This document shows positions 22,801-35,506 of a stretch of DNA of 64,000 nt, one piece after another; position 1 is the first letter of the stretch; each line of letters starts with the position of its first letter. Under the pieces are notes generated by a model. That model searched no databases, was not told the DNA's origin, and was given only the letters and a program-made list of their open reading frames with translations. This DNA comes from Hyphochytrium catenoides (taxonomy: Eukaryota; Protista; Hyphochytriomycota): assembly GCA_900088475.1 (NCBI GenBank), contig FLMG01000460.1, positions 16,402 to 80,401 on the forward strand, in the 5' to 3' direction. Both the position numbers and the translations under genes were made by a program.

Positions 22801-24452
22801 TTTGAGCTCTGCATGATCTTAGTGTCCACACCTACCAGAGAGGATTTGAGTACTCAATCTCTTAGGTGACCTCAAGGCTTAAGGGCCATCCGTAGCACTA
22901 GCACCTCTCTCATTGCCACCTTAACCCTGTGAGATGTGATAGATTGGACGCCTTCTCAACTGCTAAGCGGCAAGGGTCTCTCTTCCTCTTCGATCCATTT
23001 CTTATCTGCTCCTGTTTTCTTCCTTGGCTCACCTGTGTTCACCACGACTCCGTAGGCGTAGTCGACGTTCCTCAAGGTGGTTCCCCTTAGTAGCATGTTC
23101 TTGAGATCGATGTTGAAGCTTTCTCCCTTCTCGTCGATGTATCGGCCTCGAAAGCTGTTTGTGTCATGATTGGGAGCTTCACACTGAATTTCTCCTTTGA
23201 CACGCTCCACGTCCTCGTCCTTCATTACTGTTCCTAGCAGGCATTGCAGGCTCTCGCGAACTTTCAGATTTGTCTCTCCATCAAGACTCTTGGTCTCTAC
23301 AAAGCAAACCCCTTGGGGTGGGACGTCCTCCTTCTCCGCCACAGAGATTATCAAAAGATCAGCTGGGGCCGTGCATCGATTCTCAACCTGTAAGGTATGG
23401 GAGAGAGTGGTGAGAAAGCGGCTGAAGAAACAATTCTTCACCCACGAGATGTATAACCTTACCTTGACAATATCTCCAACGCATATCTCACGCCATTGGG
23501 TCTTAACAAACTGCCTTTGCTGGGGATCGAAGCGCAGCGTCTTGGCTGAGTTTGCCCTTTTGTCGGCCTTATGCCGCTTTCTATCCGCCATGGCCTCAAA
23601 GATCCCGTCGACAGCTATCACGAAGCCCAGAGCGAAATACGTGACGGGGACACCTCCGGTAATAGAGACAGCAGGGATCATCTGACCAATACCTACCAAG
23701 AGGAAGTAAAAGTTGGCCGTCTGTTTGAACTCCTTCAAGAGATGGAGCGGAAGAAAGTTCCACACGGTGTACTTTGACGTGATCACCGTATTTCCTGCGA
23801 ATTTGAACTGCCCGTTCTTCTCTCTGTCATTGACGAAGAGTCGTCGAGGAAGAGGCTTAGGAGCTGACGACTCTTCTCGCTGATTTGTGGTAGGATACCA
23901 TGTGTCTTCGGAGTTGTTCTGGAGTACCTCACTCTTTGGGTCAAAGCTCGGGAAGACGATGCGGCTGATCTGAGCGGTAGAGGGTAGAGAGTCATCAGTG
24001 GAGAAGCATCTGGCTTAGGTGGCGTCGGCCATCTATCAGAGGGTTTAAGAGAGGAAGAAGATGATTGGGAAGAGATATTAGCGGCCCCAAGGAGGGCTCA
24101 ATGAAAGAAGCGACCTCATCTTCCGAGCGTCTTCTGAGAAGAAAGATAAGGAGAGCCAGATGCCCTTTCTTACCCGCTTAATGGAGCTGTAGAGTGATTC
24201 TGAGGTAGTCTTTGGTACGCTGTCTCCGGCGACTGGTGCATCAACAAGAGCAACGCCTTCTGGCACCGTCTGAAAAGGTCTTCCTGCACAGGTGATAAAT
24301 TTCACATCTCTTGTGCTTTGCAACTGCTCCAGCAAGGCTGAGGGTTTGCGGCCTAGTTTCACGGCTTCTGCATCAGACACTCCTGTATCCACTGGACCAG
24401 CCTCCACATAGTCGCTCCCAGAAGGCGAAGCCAAGATTCGCCCGGAGTCCAT
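16804..24452 (-). CDS. P4-type ATPase (phospholipid flippase, Drs2/ATP8A-like) with a C-terminal DysF domain, multi-exon
   Basis: Motifs in order: [37 protein letters not shown] (phosphorylation site), [77 protein letters not shown]-terminal TMs, [16 protein letters not shown], then DysF. The 3' end could extend to about 16303 through further splicing. Confidence 0.92.
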
Positions 24453-26097
24453 TTACTTATACGCTTGGCACTGCAGCCTAAAGTTAGCCTATAGCCCTGA
24501 CTGCTGGTCAAGCACCAGACAGGTAACTGAGTAAACTTTCTTGCAGGTGATGATCGTAAGGTAGGGTGGCCCAGCTATGTACTTCTTCAGAAAGGCTGCT
24601 TAGTAAGTGTCGAGGAGGTTCCCTGCCAACCCGTTTCAGCCCCGACTGATGAATCGGAGTCTACTGTGGTGGCTCCTTCGCGTCAGTGGCGGCTGGCCCT
24701 GCCCTCCACCGCCCGAACGCTGGTTCCTTCTATACCTAGAAAGCCTCCAAGAAGCCCTTAAACCCGATCATAGAGAGCCAACTCTATCGCCCTCCGTCTT
24801 CATCATCCCAGACTCCCTGTCATCTGCCTGTACATCGCATCGCCTTGCGTCTCTCATCCTCCTCGCCACTTCCTCCGCCGTGCCTCCCGTGCCAACTACT
24901 AGTGTGTACATCCTTACACAGCGAGAGAACACAGAAACAGCCTTTCTCTCTGAGAGAACTTGACTCATTATGCAGGATTCACATGTGCAAGTCCCCGATA
25001 GTCAGGAAGAACTGTACAGCTATTTAGAACGATGATGCACAGAATCTTTTGGGCTGGCAGTTTACTGGCGGTCGTTGACTGTCTCGCCATTGTGGGTCCG
25101 AATCTTTGGGCCAGACCAGGTGCTCCTGACGTCCAAGATCCCAGGCCCTCACACGATAGATAGGACACAATGATGATTCAAGGTATTATTAGGGATGAAT
25201 ACCTTCATCTACTCATGAAGGAGGATGGCCTGTCTATAGCCTGTGTAGAGTGATGGGGTCTGGGCATTATTCGAGGATGTATTGGGCTGGTAACCATCTA
25301 AAGAGGAGGATGCCCAGGTCTGCTCAGACGCACAGAAGAGAACTACGCCTTGTGGGACGCTGTCATCCCTAACTCTGTTCTCGCTACTAACTACCAGTGT
25401 GGACCAAGAGGATGTAGTGCCGAAAGCCCATAAGACCAGCTCTTGGCGCTGAAGAAGGCTGATGGGCAAGAAGAATAACATGCAAACGCCTTCTTCTCAA
25501 TGCCGCGGACAATAAGTAGTACGTGCGATGCAGCTGTACTCCTACATATGGTGCAATACTCTCGAGGGAGCCTGTAATTGCTATATCACCGCCACGCAGG
25601 TCTGATAGTACTACCGCTTTCCTTGTCCGTCTGTGGCGCTCTTCTTCTTCTCTGTTCCATTGTTTGAGAACCTAGAGCTCTGCTGACGACCACGAGGGAC
25701 CAGAAGCCAAGGAGTTGGAACAGGTCTATTATGCTGAGTAAATCTGAAGGAAGAGTTCGCCTCTCAATTGGCTAATGACCCTCCTTTGGCACTAAAACTC
25801 ATAAGCATTATATGTTTCTCCCTTGGCAGTCTAGCTACTGAGTACGAATCGCCCTTTCCTAAGTAAGCAAGAGGAGTCAGCCAGTGCAATAAATGGCTGA
25901 TTAGAGGCTCCATAGTATCAGTCAAACAGCTTATCAGAGACCATTTGTCCATGAATCCGTCCTCTTAGAAGAGCTAGGCAGAAAGGGTATCTTTTAAGAG
26001 AACACCGCCACCACGAAGGTTTAGGTGGACGACAACAAATAAGGCACATCGTGATCTTCAGAGAAATATAGAGGCCGTACAAGTGGTCCCTCATTCA

Positions 26098-27365
26098 TCA
26101 TGCTGTGGGTACCACAGGCTCATCTGGGCGCTTCCTCCATACACCCTCAGGAGCAAGAATCGCACAGGCTAGCATCACGCGGTTAATGGAGCTGTGTTCA
26201 TCCCCGTTCTCTCTCTTCAGCATTCCTTGGACGCGCAGTGCTTGTGGAATCAGACCCTCTACCCTGCCTCTCATGTCTGGGAAGAATTTTGCTCCAAGCA
26301 TAGCACCATAAAGTCGGAAGGGCAGTGCGAAATGGGCTTCATTCAGCGCTTCTCTACTACGCTTGCGGAGCTTGGTCTCTCGTATACCCCCTGTCCACTG
26401 ATCCATCCACGCATCTAACCCCCAGCCCAGAGGATCAGACGTCACTCGGGGAATGAAACTTTGGAGAGAGTTTGAGAGGGCATTGATCTCCCTCTCCAAA
26501 GATGGTTTACCTCCTGCGTGGTGGATCAGTTTGAACACAATAAGAGCACTTAGCGCATCGTCATTTGGAACAGCAAAGCGGCCATGTGGTGTATCGTCAA
26601 TGGGAGAGCAGTCGCTGTTGATTTTCCATCGAAAACCACCATGCTCTGGATCGTAAAAGTGAGGAAAGGTTGCCTTTGCTATTCTCGCGGCTTGATGAAG
26701 CCTTTTCTTGTCACCAGACACTTGTCCCAGTCGCAGCAGCGCAAACAGCCATTTGTCAATGTAGTGCCAGTACATCCCATCATAGCGCATTCCCAAGTCC
26801 GTCGTCTGTCGCGCTTTCTTCTTTCCGATACGAAGTCCCACGAAACCTGTAACATCGTACTCAGAGGAGGGGCTTGGCAACATGGGATATTGTTCTGATC
26901 GTGGACGCCCTAAGCCGATATGAACCGCGTCGACCAATCGATCGGCAGCGGCAAGATACTGGTCCCTCTCGGGTTGCACCATTGCCAACGTTGTGTAGGC
27001 CATTACGGCGAAAGCATCTGTCCACAAGTATCGCCTATCACCATTAGAGCAATCACCTGCTTCCTCTTCAGGGAGCGGCTGAGGGAATCTACAACTACCT
27101 CCATCATCATCCTTGAAAGGACCATAAACGTCCTGAAGTAGACCTTCGGCCACAGCAGCATCCGCCATTGGCATTCCAGTCGTCATGAAGGACTTCACCT
27201 TCTGTCGTACGTCTCTTACTCCAGCAGCGCACCTGTCATAGACGAGGAGTAGCTCTCAAACCACCGATCTTGGTGCTATCGTCGAATACCTTTAAAGGGT
27301 CAAACCGACGAGAGAGGATACCTGTAGTGGCGCACTACTAGCCAGCACCGGCGGAGTTTGACCAT
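26098..27365 (-). CDS. Conserved uncharacterised protein, probable alpha/alpha-toroid (six-hairpin glycosidase-like) fold; short 5' exon plus one long exon
   Basis: Motifs RRYLWTDAFAV, LVDAVHIGLGR, GLRIGKK and DGMYWHYIDKWLFAL recall a family I know from bacteria and fungi. ATG 27365 splices in frame to ORF 26098-27198. The fold assignment is inference. Confidence 0.65.
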
Positions 27366-28574
27366 TTCTGTGACAGATGAGGAGGCTCCTGGTTACCGCT
27401 ACAAAGCTCCCTGAGCTAAGAGATCCATTAAGGGGAACAGAAAGCAGCAATAAGGATGAAGAAATCTTAGGATCGTTGTTCCACTGCCAGCAAAAGATCT
27501 AAGGAACCAACCGATAAAGATCTGAAGATCTGGCAGAAGAAGAAATTTCTTCATGCGCAAGCACTGTACTTATGTAAGTAGCCTAAGTACTGAGGACTTA
27601 CCATTAAGGTGCGCTTCCCAGTAACTGTTGTGGTTTGGCAACTGTATTGCAAGTACTTTGAACAGTATCGTCTGCTCTTGCGGAATTACTACTTATAGAA
27701 CCCAGTTCTGGGCTGTCAGGCTTCTTTTGTCAAACCCAAAAGCTGCACCAGGAAGGGAAGGTTTTTAGAGCATTGCAAGCATACGAAGCCCAACCGTTCA
27801 ACTTAGATTGCCACTGGCGGCGGCTGGAACCGGCTGATGCCCTTCTGCGGTTAGCTCTGAGATCGTGTGCTCGTGACGACGTTGGAATTTGCGGAAGACC
27901 CATGACAGGACTGGTATGTAGGATGGTGAACCAACAGCAAACAGGTTGATGGGGTTAATAAGGGCCTTTGGTACTACTGTGCCTGTTCAGCATATCTTGG
28001 TGATTCTTTAGATCACTGGGGAACAATGGTCCTCCGCAGGGCCTGTCAACTGCCTGGTGTCGCAGTAACAGATTGCTCAGAATCGTTCAAAGATGGCTTC
28101 GGGTTTACTAAGATGGCTCTTCAGATACCGGACAATTGCTGGTGCTTGGCAGGGTGATGGGGATGGACCACAGCAATGATGACAGCTAGCCAGGGAGGAT
28201 GGTCAGTTACAGCGCACAACTAAAGGTACAGGACCTCCTTTCCGAGGAGCCTTGCGACCCTATAAGGCCCTAGAAGCTATTATGCTTGTGACCGGCTTTT
28301 TACTTAGCGTCATCTCCGTTTGACAAGAAGTGATACATTGATCTTCCTTTTGAAGCAAATCTCAACTTCTCTCTAGTTTCTTCCCTCTTCTGCAAACAAA
28401 GTGGTCATTCATTAGACCTCCCTGTAGAACCTGGAGCACGACAGCCTTTGAACCTCCAAATAAGCGTTAGTCGGCTGCAATCCTGCTACTTGGCTCTCAC
28501 CAACTGATGTGGTCTCCTCGACACCAATCTACTTAGATCATCCTTCTATAGACTACTATCCCCGAATTTCTACA

Positions 28575-31378
28575 CTAGTTGTCCGTCATACTATCTCCGT
28601 CTTGGTCCTTATCTGCTGCGTCCTGAATTGCAGCGAGTAGAGCTCCTACCCCTGAAGTTGGTTAAAAGGTATTAGCGTAGACCTTACCCCTGAAGCGATT
28701 ACTGTGCTTACCATCTCCTCGAGCTAAGTGGGCCGACCCAGCAGCGGGATTGAGGTTGAAGTTGGCCATAATTGCATTGATGTTACCTACACATGGAGAA
28801 GGAAAGACTCGTAAAAAATAAAGCGACCAACTTAAGGTTGCAGGAGTCTGTACGAGTGCTTCTTGAAAGGATAAAACGACACGAGCTAAGGGTCAAAATA
28901 GCAGGAGAGGAAAAGAGATCTCGGACATACCACTCTGACAGGCAGACGCGAGGGAGTGGACGCTCTGTCGAAATTGAGGGCTCCTCACTATTTGTATGAG
29001 CTCGTAAGGTGTTTGTTGCTCAGAAGGGAGAAGAGGGAGGAGTGCTCTTTGCGCACTCTCGTCTTGCAGTAGCGGAGCGACCTGTAGGGTAATTGTGTAA
29101 GAGAGATGCAGGCAAAGAGAGCATAATGTGGCGCTCAAAGCTGGTTGCAATAGGAAGGGGGTAGTGTGGAAACATGACAATCCGTGACTGACGTTATCAG
29201 CGTTGAGGACACCCATAAGAGAGGTAGGACGGGTCTGGAACGCTTGAGGAGCCTGTGATTGAGAATAAGGGTGGTTAGCAGGCTAGGATTGCAAGTATCA
29301 GTAAATTGGAGACTCAGAATTCACGTAACTCCGAACCCTACCTTTCTAGGGATGAAAGAGGAGTTATTTAGCCGAGTGCGGTGAACTTGGAACGAAGTTT
29401 AATGCAAGAGGGCATCTTACCATTTGCTGAAGACTCATCATGGCTTGGCGAAAGTCTTCGGTAGTCAGAGTTCGCGATTGAGATGATGCGGCCGTGGTGG
29501 GTTGGCTAGTCACCTGGCCTCGGCGAGTAGGCGATGGGGGGGATTGTCCTGCAGGCCATGAATTTTGAAAGGATAGTGCGAGAAGAGGGACAGAGAGGTA
29601 CAAGAAATCCAACACGTGAGCATGCTTGTGTAGGAGATGTCTGCAAGCGAGAGAGAGGAGGCTAATCTAAAAAGAGGTCGATCGCGGCGCTGCATGGAGC
29701 TTGAGGGATGCTAAACCACGCTTCAGGGATGGGAGTCTCTCCCAGCGACACTGCAGTTGGGCGGTAGGTGGGCCAAGTGGCTTTATTGAATGTATACGAG
29801 ACTGAGAGCCTAATAATGGGTATTTGCCGCCTTAGCCAGGGTAACACTATTACAAGCAGTAAGTCAAAAAGTACCGTCAGCAGCCTGCTCTCACTCTTCT
29901 TAGGCATCGGTATCCATGTTGTCGCCTCCGGTATTATTGCGCCCTGAGCCTGAGGGGTTCTGCCTGTTTCTAGGTGAGCTTGATGACCCCCTCCCTTGAT
30001 CCTCTGAAGGGCTTGCATCCCTCAAGCTCTCCTGGAGAGCGAGTTGCAGCATCGTCTCCTCATCATAGTTATCGGCTGCGTCCGTGGAAGAAGATGAAGT
30101 AGGGGCAACCCTCCCTCCGGGAGTTGGGGATGTACCTTGGCTTGGTGCGGGTGCTGTTGCCGCCCCTGTGCTGGTGCTAGCCTGTGAAGGTTGTGATGTG
30201 CCTGCAGGTGCACCCCTGGCCTGCGCATTGGTCCCTGCTGCTCCAGCTGCCAGGAAGAAGAAGAGCGAAGGATAACGTTCAATTCGAGAGTAACCTCGCA
30301 GCCCATTATGACAAAGAACTACCTGCATTGGCTGGCATGCCCAAGTTTTGCAAAATGCTCTGTAAGTCCGCAATTTGAACAGAGCCGGGAGTATTCCCGC
30401 CTCCTTCCCGATTCTGAGGTTGTCTGCCAAACGCCCTACAAAGACTAGTAAGTAAGGGTACTGGTGTACAAGGGACAATGGCTCTCATCGCGTCACATTC
30501 TTCTGGACTCCACGCTCGTCAGTCTTCCTCACATCAGCATAAACTCACCCTAGCATCTGCATGAGGGCATTTTGATCAAACTGGGCGGGATTTCCGGTAC
30601 CTGCCGCAGCTGCATTTGAGTTGATCGACTCCTGCACCTTTCTGACATTCTCATCGTCTTTGTCGGTGCCTTTATCCTGTCAAATTCTGCGTTAGTGCAT
30701 CGAACATTGCAAAGGTGACGTTTGAAGGAGTCTACGCAGCGTCGAAGACCCATAATCTAGTTGCTGTTCTTTCACCTGGGGTGCAGCCCGCTACCTATCC
30801 CGGATGAAACACTACGCCTGCCTCCTTTCTTATCGCCTAATCTACGTCAGCACCTGAAGCCAGAACAGCAGCCGCCTTGATGAATTGCGATACTGAAGGG
30901 CATACACCCTATCGGTATCACGTCCAGTATTCACCCTTTTAAAGTCTGCTTCATCCGGAAAGATAATTAGGTCCTATGAGCCGTGAGTCAGTCATCGATG
31001 TATTTACTTTGCTTGGAAGTCGCAGATGTAAGACTACTTACATCTTCCACGTTCCCTGACGTTCTATCTTTCCATTGGAAGTGTATAAGCTGATCATCTC
31101 CCTAAGACAGCCTCGTCATCAGGTGGCTATTTCGTGTCACGGCTGCAAGCAAATCTTACCCTAGTCACTATAAGTTGTCCTTTCTTTGACTCTGGTGTCA
31201 CCCTCAATTTAGCTGAGCCAGTTATCGGTTCTGTACTCAGCTTTCCAGCCTTGAAGGCTACTATGGGGGGCTGTATTGATGCAGGTCTAACGTTAGTATG
31301 TGGACAATGAGAAGATCACGCGCCAGAATGGCGTACCCTCGAAGAGCCTCCACTCCCGTACTGCTGGAAGAGTGACAT
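28575..31378 (-). CDS. RPN13: Proteasomal ubiquitin receptor Rpn13/ADRM1 (Pru domain, linker, DEUBAD domain), multi-exon, with an additional UIM-containing exon
   Basis: Pru: VAFKAGKL...VTPESKKGQL...DQLIHFQWKDR...DLIIFPDEADFKRV...RVYALQY...LLFWLQ. DEUBAD: LLPLLPSEQQTPYELIQIVRSPQFRQSVHSLASACQSGNINAIMANFNL...GVGALLAAIQ. Confidence 0.93.
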
Positions 31379-33935
31379 TTGCGCAACCCGAAATCAGGAG
31401 AAGAGTTCTTCAAGATGTATATGGCTCTACAAGTCAACAGCGCCTCACTAACAGGAGCAGTTCTGTACTCTCGTGATTTCCAGTGTGCTTCTTACCCGGC
31501 CGTTGCGCTCAAATCTCGTCTGCATTCTGCAGATCTCCGTGTTCCCTTCCTCCGTTTCGCCAGACTATGGCCGAAAGGTAAGCTCTTGGATCTCTTCTGC
31601 AAAATTGACGGAGTTCTGCAAAGATCCACACATATTCCCGATAATACTCAAAGAATTTGGAACAACCCAGTTGAGTAATACTCGAAAGGGACTCGGGCTT
31701 CTGAACCCGAGTACAATAACCCGAGCCGCTGGCAACAATCGGTTATCAGAGTGTCAGCTGTCAGCTCAAGTAGAGAGTAACGGATCATCATTGATCATTG
31801 TCATCGCCATCGTCGTTGTCATTGGCCTCACAAGGATGATGATGTTGGCCTTCTCGTGTCACAGCTGAGTGAAGTTAGCATAGTAGCTTTGGATGGTCGG
31901 TCCCAGTGTCTTTGATGGGCAGCACTATGTAGATATGGCAGAAAGAGTCCACAGAGCTCCCATAAGCTCTTGGTAGTATTTCCAGGCACTGCTTGACATA
32001 GGTTAGTATCCGCAGTTGGAGATCATTGCATTTGAGGAGAAGGATTTTGTTATCTTCCTCCTCGCTCTGTAAGACTACTACTATGACTTAGAGTCCTCTT
32101 TAGGCCCTCAGAGCTCAGCTCCCAGTGCCACTGCTACTGGTACTTTATGAGCACTACTAGGCCCTTCCACTGCGGGTTCCTTCTAAGTCTTACTCACTGC
32201 TTTAACTTGTTGGTCAACCAGTCAGCCGTCCTCCATTCTCCACCATTTGTCTTTCAGGCTTGGGGCCAGGGTCAGGACAACTACAGCATCAGTCAGAGAG
32301 CTACACATGACGGCCTGATGATGAAGAGGCAGCAGCAGCAATGATGGTAATAATGTTTAAACAACCCACGCCCGCCTGTCGCCTAGATTCCTCGCTCCAG
32401 TGTCAAAGCAGCAGGACTTTTCCCCTCACATCAACCAAGATGATGGGAGGCGGCTACATCCTGCCAGTGGTTCATTAATGCTTAATAAAGATGATGCGGT
32501 TGGCAGCTATTATGACGATGCTTGGTCATCTGCTGCATATTGCACCTCCTGCCCGTATTATTAACCCCAATGGGAGCACTCATCCGGTGCTCTGGCTTTA
32601 GCAATACTAAGTCCTCTGCAGAACGACGAGATCAGTGCTGTAAATGAGAGCGCTGTGATAGCAAACCCGCTCCAAGAGGAACTTTATTTGCATGCTGAGC
32701 CTTTGTTGCTGTTGTACTTCCTAGTATAACAATGGATCGTAAGCTCGGCGCCCGACGAGGCCAGATCTTCTACGGTTGACTCTTCTTATCCCCATCCTGC
32801 CGTCCTTAAGAGGGACAAGTCCTCTATGGCTCCTGCCCCAACCGTCCCTTCAGCTCCTCACTGAACCGTCCTAACTCTAAGAAACTTCTTCGTCCCCTTT
32901 CATATCTATAGTAGTTCGACCGCTTATTAACAACCCCATCAAAGCAGCCTTTGAACACCAAGGAGGGTTACGACAGAGGATAAGACATGCTAAAAATCCT
33001 GCAACACCTTTCCTCCTCCTCCTTCCATGCTAAACGTCATACGTCCAGCCAGAGTCAGCTGATAACGTAGTAGTGATGCTGTCCTTACAGCGCATAGGCC
33101 CTAAAAACTATTGAAAAGAGAGATTGATCTTGGCTGGACTCTTCTATTGGTGAGTGTCTGAGGACTATTGCAGAGCTTAACAGTCTGCAAAAAAGAACAG
33201 TGTAAGACGACCAGAGAAGCAAACGAAACGGTGATGGCAAATCATATCGGTGATGAGACAGAGGAGAGATGATGAGAAGAGCGTCGTACTAGAGCCGGAT
33301 ATAGAGATCAGGCGGAACCAACAAGTGAGAGTGGAATCACACCATGGAAAGAGGCTTCTGGCAAGGCTGGACGCTGGTCATTGCTGCCTGCCTACTAATG
33401 ATCTGTTTTTGCCATGGTTCCACGATACTACTCCCAGTCCGGCCGCGACCACCTTGCAGAGACTTCTCATTCATTTGACGATGTCCCCCCCGTGGACTTA
33501 TTTTGAGGTCAAACTCACTGGGAATGCATCATCAGCACTTTCGACCTCGTCCTCTTTGCCCATCTGTAAGGCCTACCAGTCGATAGCCCAAAATAAATTC
33601 CATAATGTAAGAGACTAAGAACGGGTCTCGAAGGAGGGTGAGAAACCGGTTAGTCTGTACCTTCTCCTTCAGAGAGAAGCTAACTAACTGCCATACAGGG
33701 GTGAGGAAAGAGTCTTCCTCACGAGAGAGTCAGTCGACTTGAGAATGCAAAGATAGAGGGAGTGAGTGAGCTGCAAGAGATGTTGGGTCAACAGGCTATG
33801 CTAAGAACATGCAAAGAGGAAGAGAGGCAGAAAGAGATGGAAGAAAGAGAGCACCGTCGTCGCCAGAGCCATTCGTTGGCTCTTTGAGTCAGGACTACCC
33901 GTCCTGAGAATATTCTAAGAGAGGAGAGGCCGCAT

Positions 33936-34380
33936 CCTCATTCGGCGGATCGGGTGGTTGGTCAATAGTTAAGGAAGTGGACACATAAAACCCTTCTCCT
34001 TTGAAAGTCTTGGCTAGGGAAGTAGCATAACCAGCGTTGGGACTGTCTCAAAAAATCTTCGTTTGGTGCCGCGTTTAGCTCTCGTTGACCGTGACTTAGT
34101 AGTGGAAAGGCTCGATCTAATGGAGTCTTCTTGCATTCCTGAACACAGATGTGGGGAACTCACTGACAGACGCCTTTACCGCCAACTAAAGACCAACACA
34201 TCTACTACTACTCAGCTTGCGTCGACGGTCAACGAGAGCTAAACGCGGCAGCAAACGAAGACTTTAGACAGCCAACGCTGGTTGTGCTTCTTCTTCCCTA
34301 GCCAAGATTTTGGAAGAGGAAGGGTGTTATATGTGCACTTCCTCAGCTACTGACTAACCACCCGCAACCACCTGACGAGG
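33936..34380. repeat. Long imperfect inverted repeat (arms of about 165-175 bp, spacer about 100 bp)
   Basis: 34057-34095 cttcgtttggtgccgcgtttagctctcgttgaccgtgac is nearly the reverse complement of 34221-34260. Pairing continues outward to cgggtggttggtca (33951) with tgactaaccacccg (34351-34364). Confidence 0.9.
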
Positions 34381-35506
34381 AGAGGAAGTTCGAGTCTCCT
34401 GGGCCAACAATTGCTATCAGCGTAGCGCTTACTACGAAGGAGACTGCTCTCACTTCTAGTAGTTCTATCCCTTCTCTCCCTCTTTCGCCTGAGATTACTT
34501 TCCTTCTGCTAGCAATGCTATTAAGTCAATGGAGTTCACCCTAAGCGAAGACTTAGGTAAAGCTGACTCACTCTTTCTCAATACTACAGATTCTCACAAG
34601 AAACTCCAAGCAAAAGGCAAACCTCATCCTCAGCAGCAAGGAGGGAAGGCAGCTAGCGGCGTGAAGGGGCGACGGAGGACGGGAGCTGGTCTATCACCAT
34701 CAAGTAGCGGACCAAACGGTCAATAAGTAATGGGAGAAGATGGGTCCAAGTCTACCCTCCTTGACGTCGCACGCTCAACTCCCTCCGTCCTACAGGTCAC
34801 TGGCACTTCATGGAGCAGAGTGACGAAGGAGATAACCAACAACAACAGCAGCACGAGATAGCACCAACAACAAAGAGTGGGCGGGCTAGAGAGGGCCGAA
34901 GGAAATGGCTTCTGCACATGACCAACAACAGTTACTCTTGTGTCGTGTGTCCACTCCTCTCATCATTTCAACAGCCGCAGACAACAAGCAGCAACCAACA
35001 CGCCCCGTTTAATTGCTCTACCTACTGCAGCAATATCCATCAACACCACCACCTCTGCTGTCGTCGCTGACCTTCGCCTTCGTCTTCTCCCTTTCATGCA
35101 CCTCTGCACGCACCAGCCTTTGCCTATGATGGCGCCATAACTCCTCTTCAACATACCTCCTCCTGACTGCCAAACCCTCGCGCACTCAACATTCTTCCTT
35201 CTCCGTCCCCCTCCTGTTCCCCTTTCTTACTGTCCCAACTCACTAACCTCATAGATAAAAAATAACTTGAAAAGTACAGTAGTAATAAGACAGAGCGTCA
35301 GAAGCCCTTGTCATGCATCGGCTTCTGATGATGAAGATCTCCTTAGCAAAAATGGCCAGGAAAAAGGTGAAGAAGCTTCTTGTTTCCTAGCTATTTCTGT
35401 TCTTATCGCTTGACCGTACTACTTGAGAAGCCCTCCGCCATGTTGCTGCCAGAGGGAGACAGGAGCGGATCATCAATAGAGTTATTAGTCGTCATCATCA
35501 TTCATC

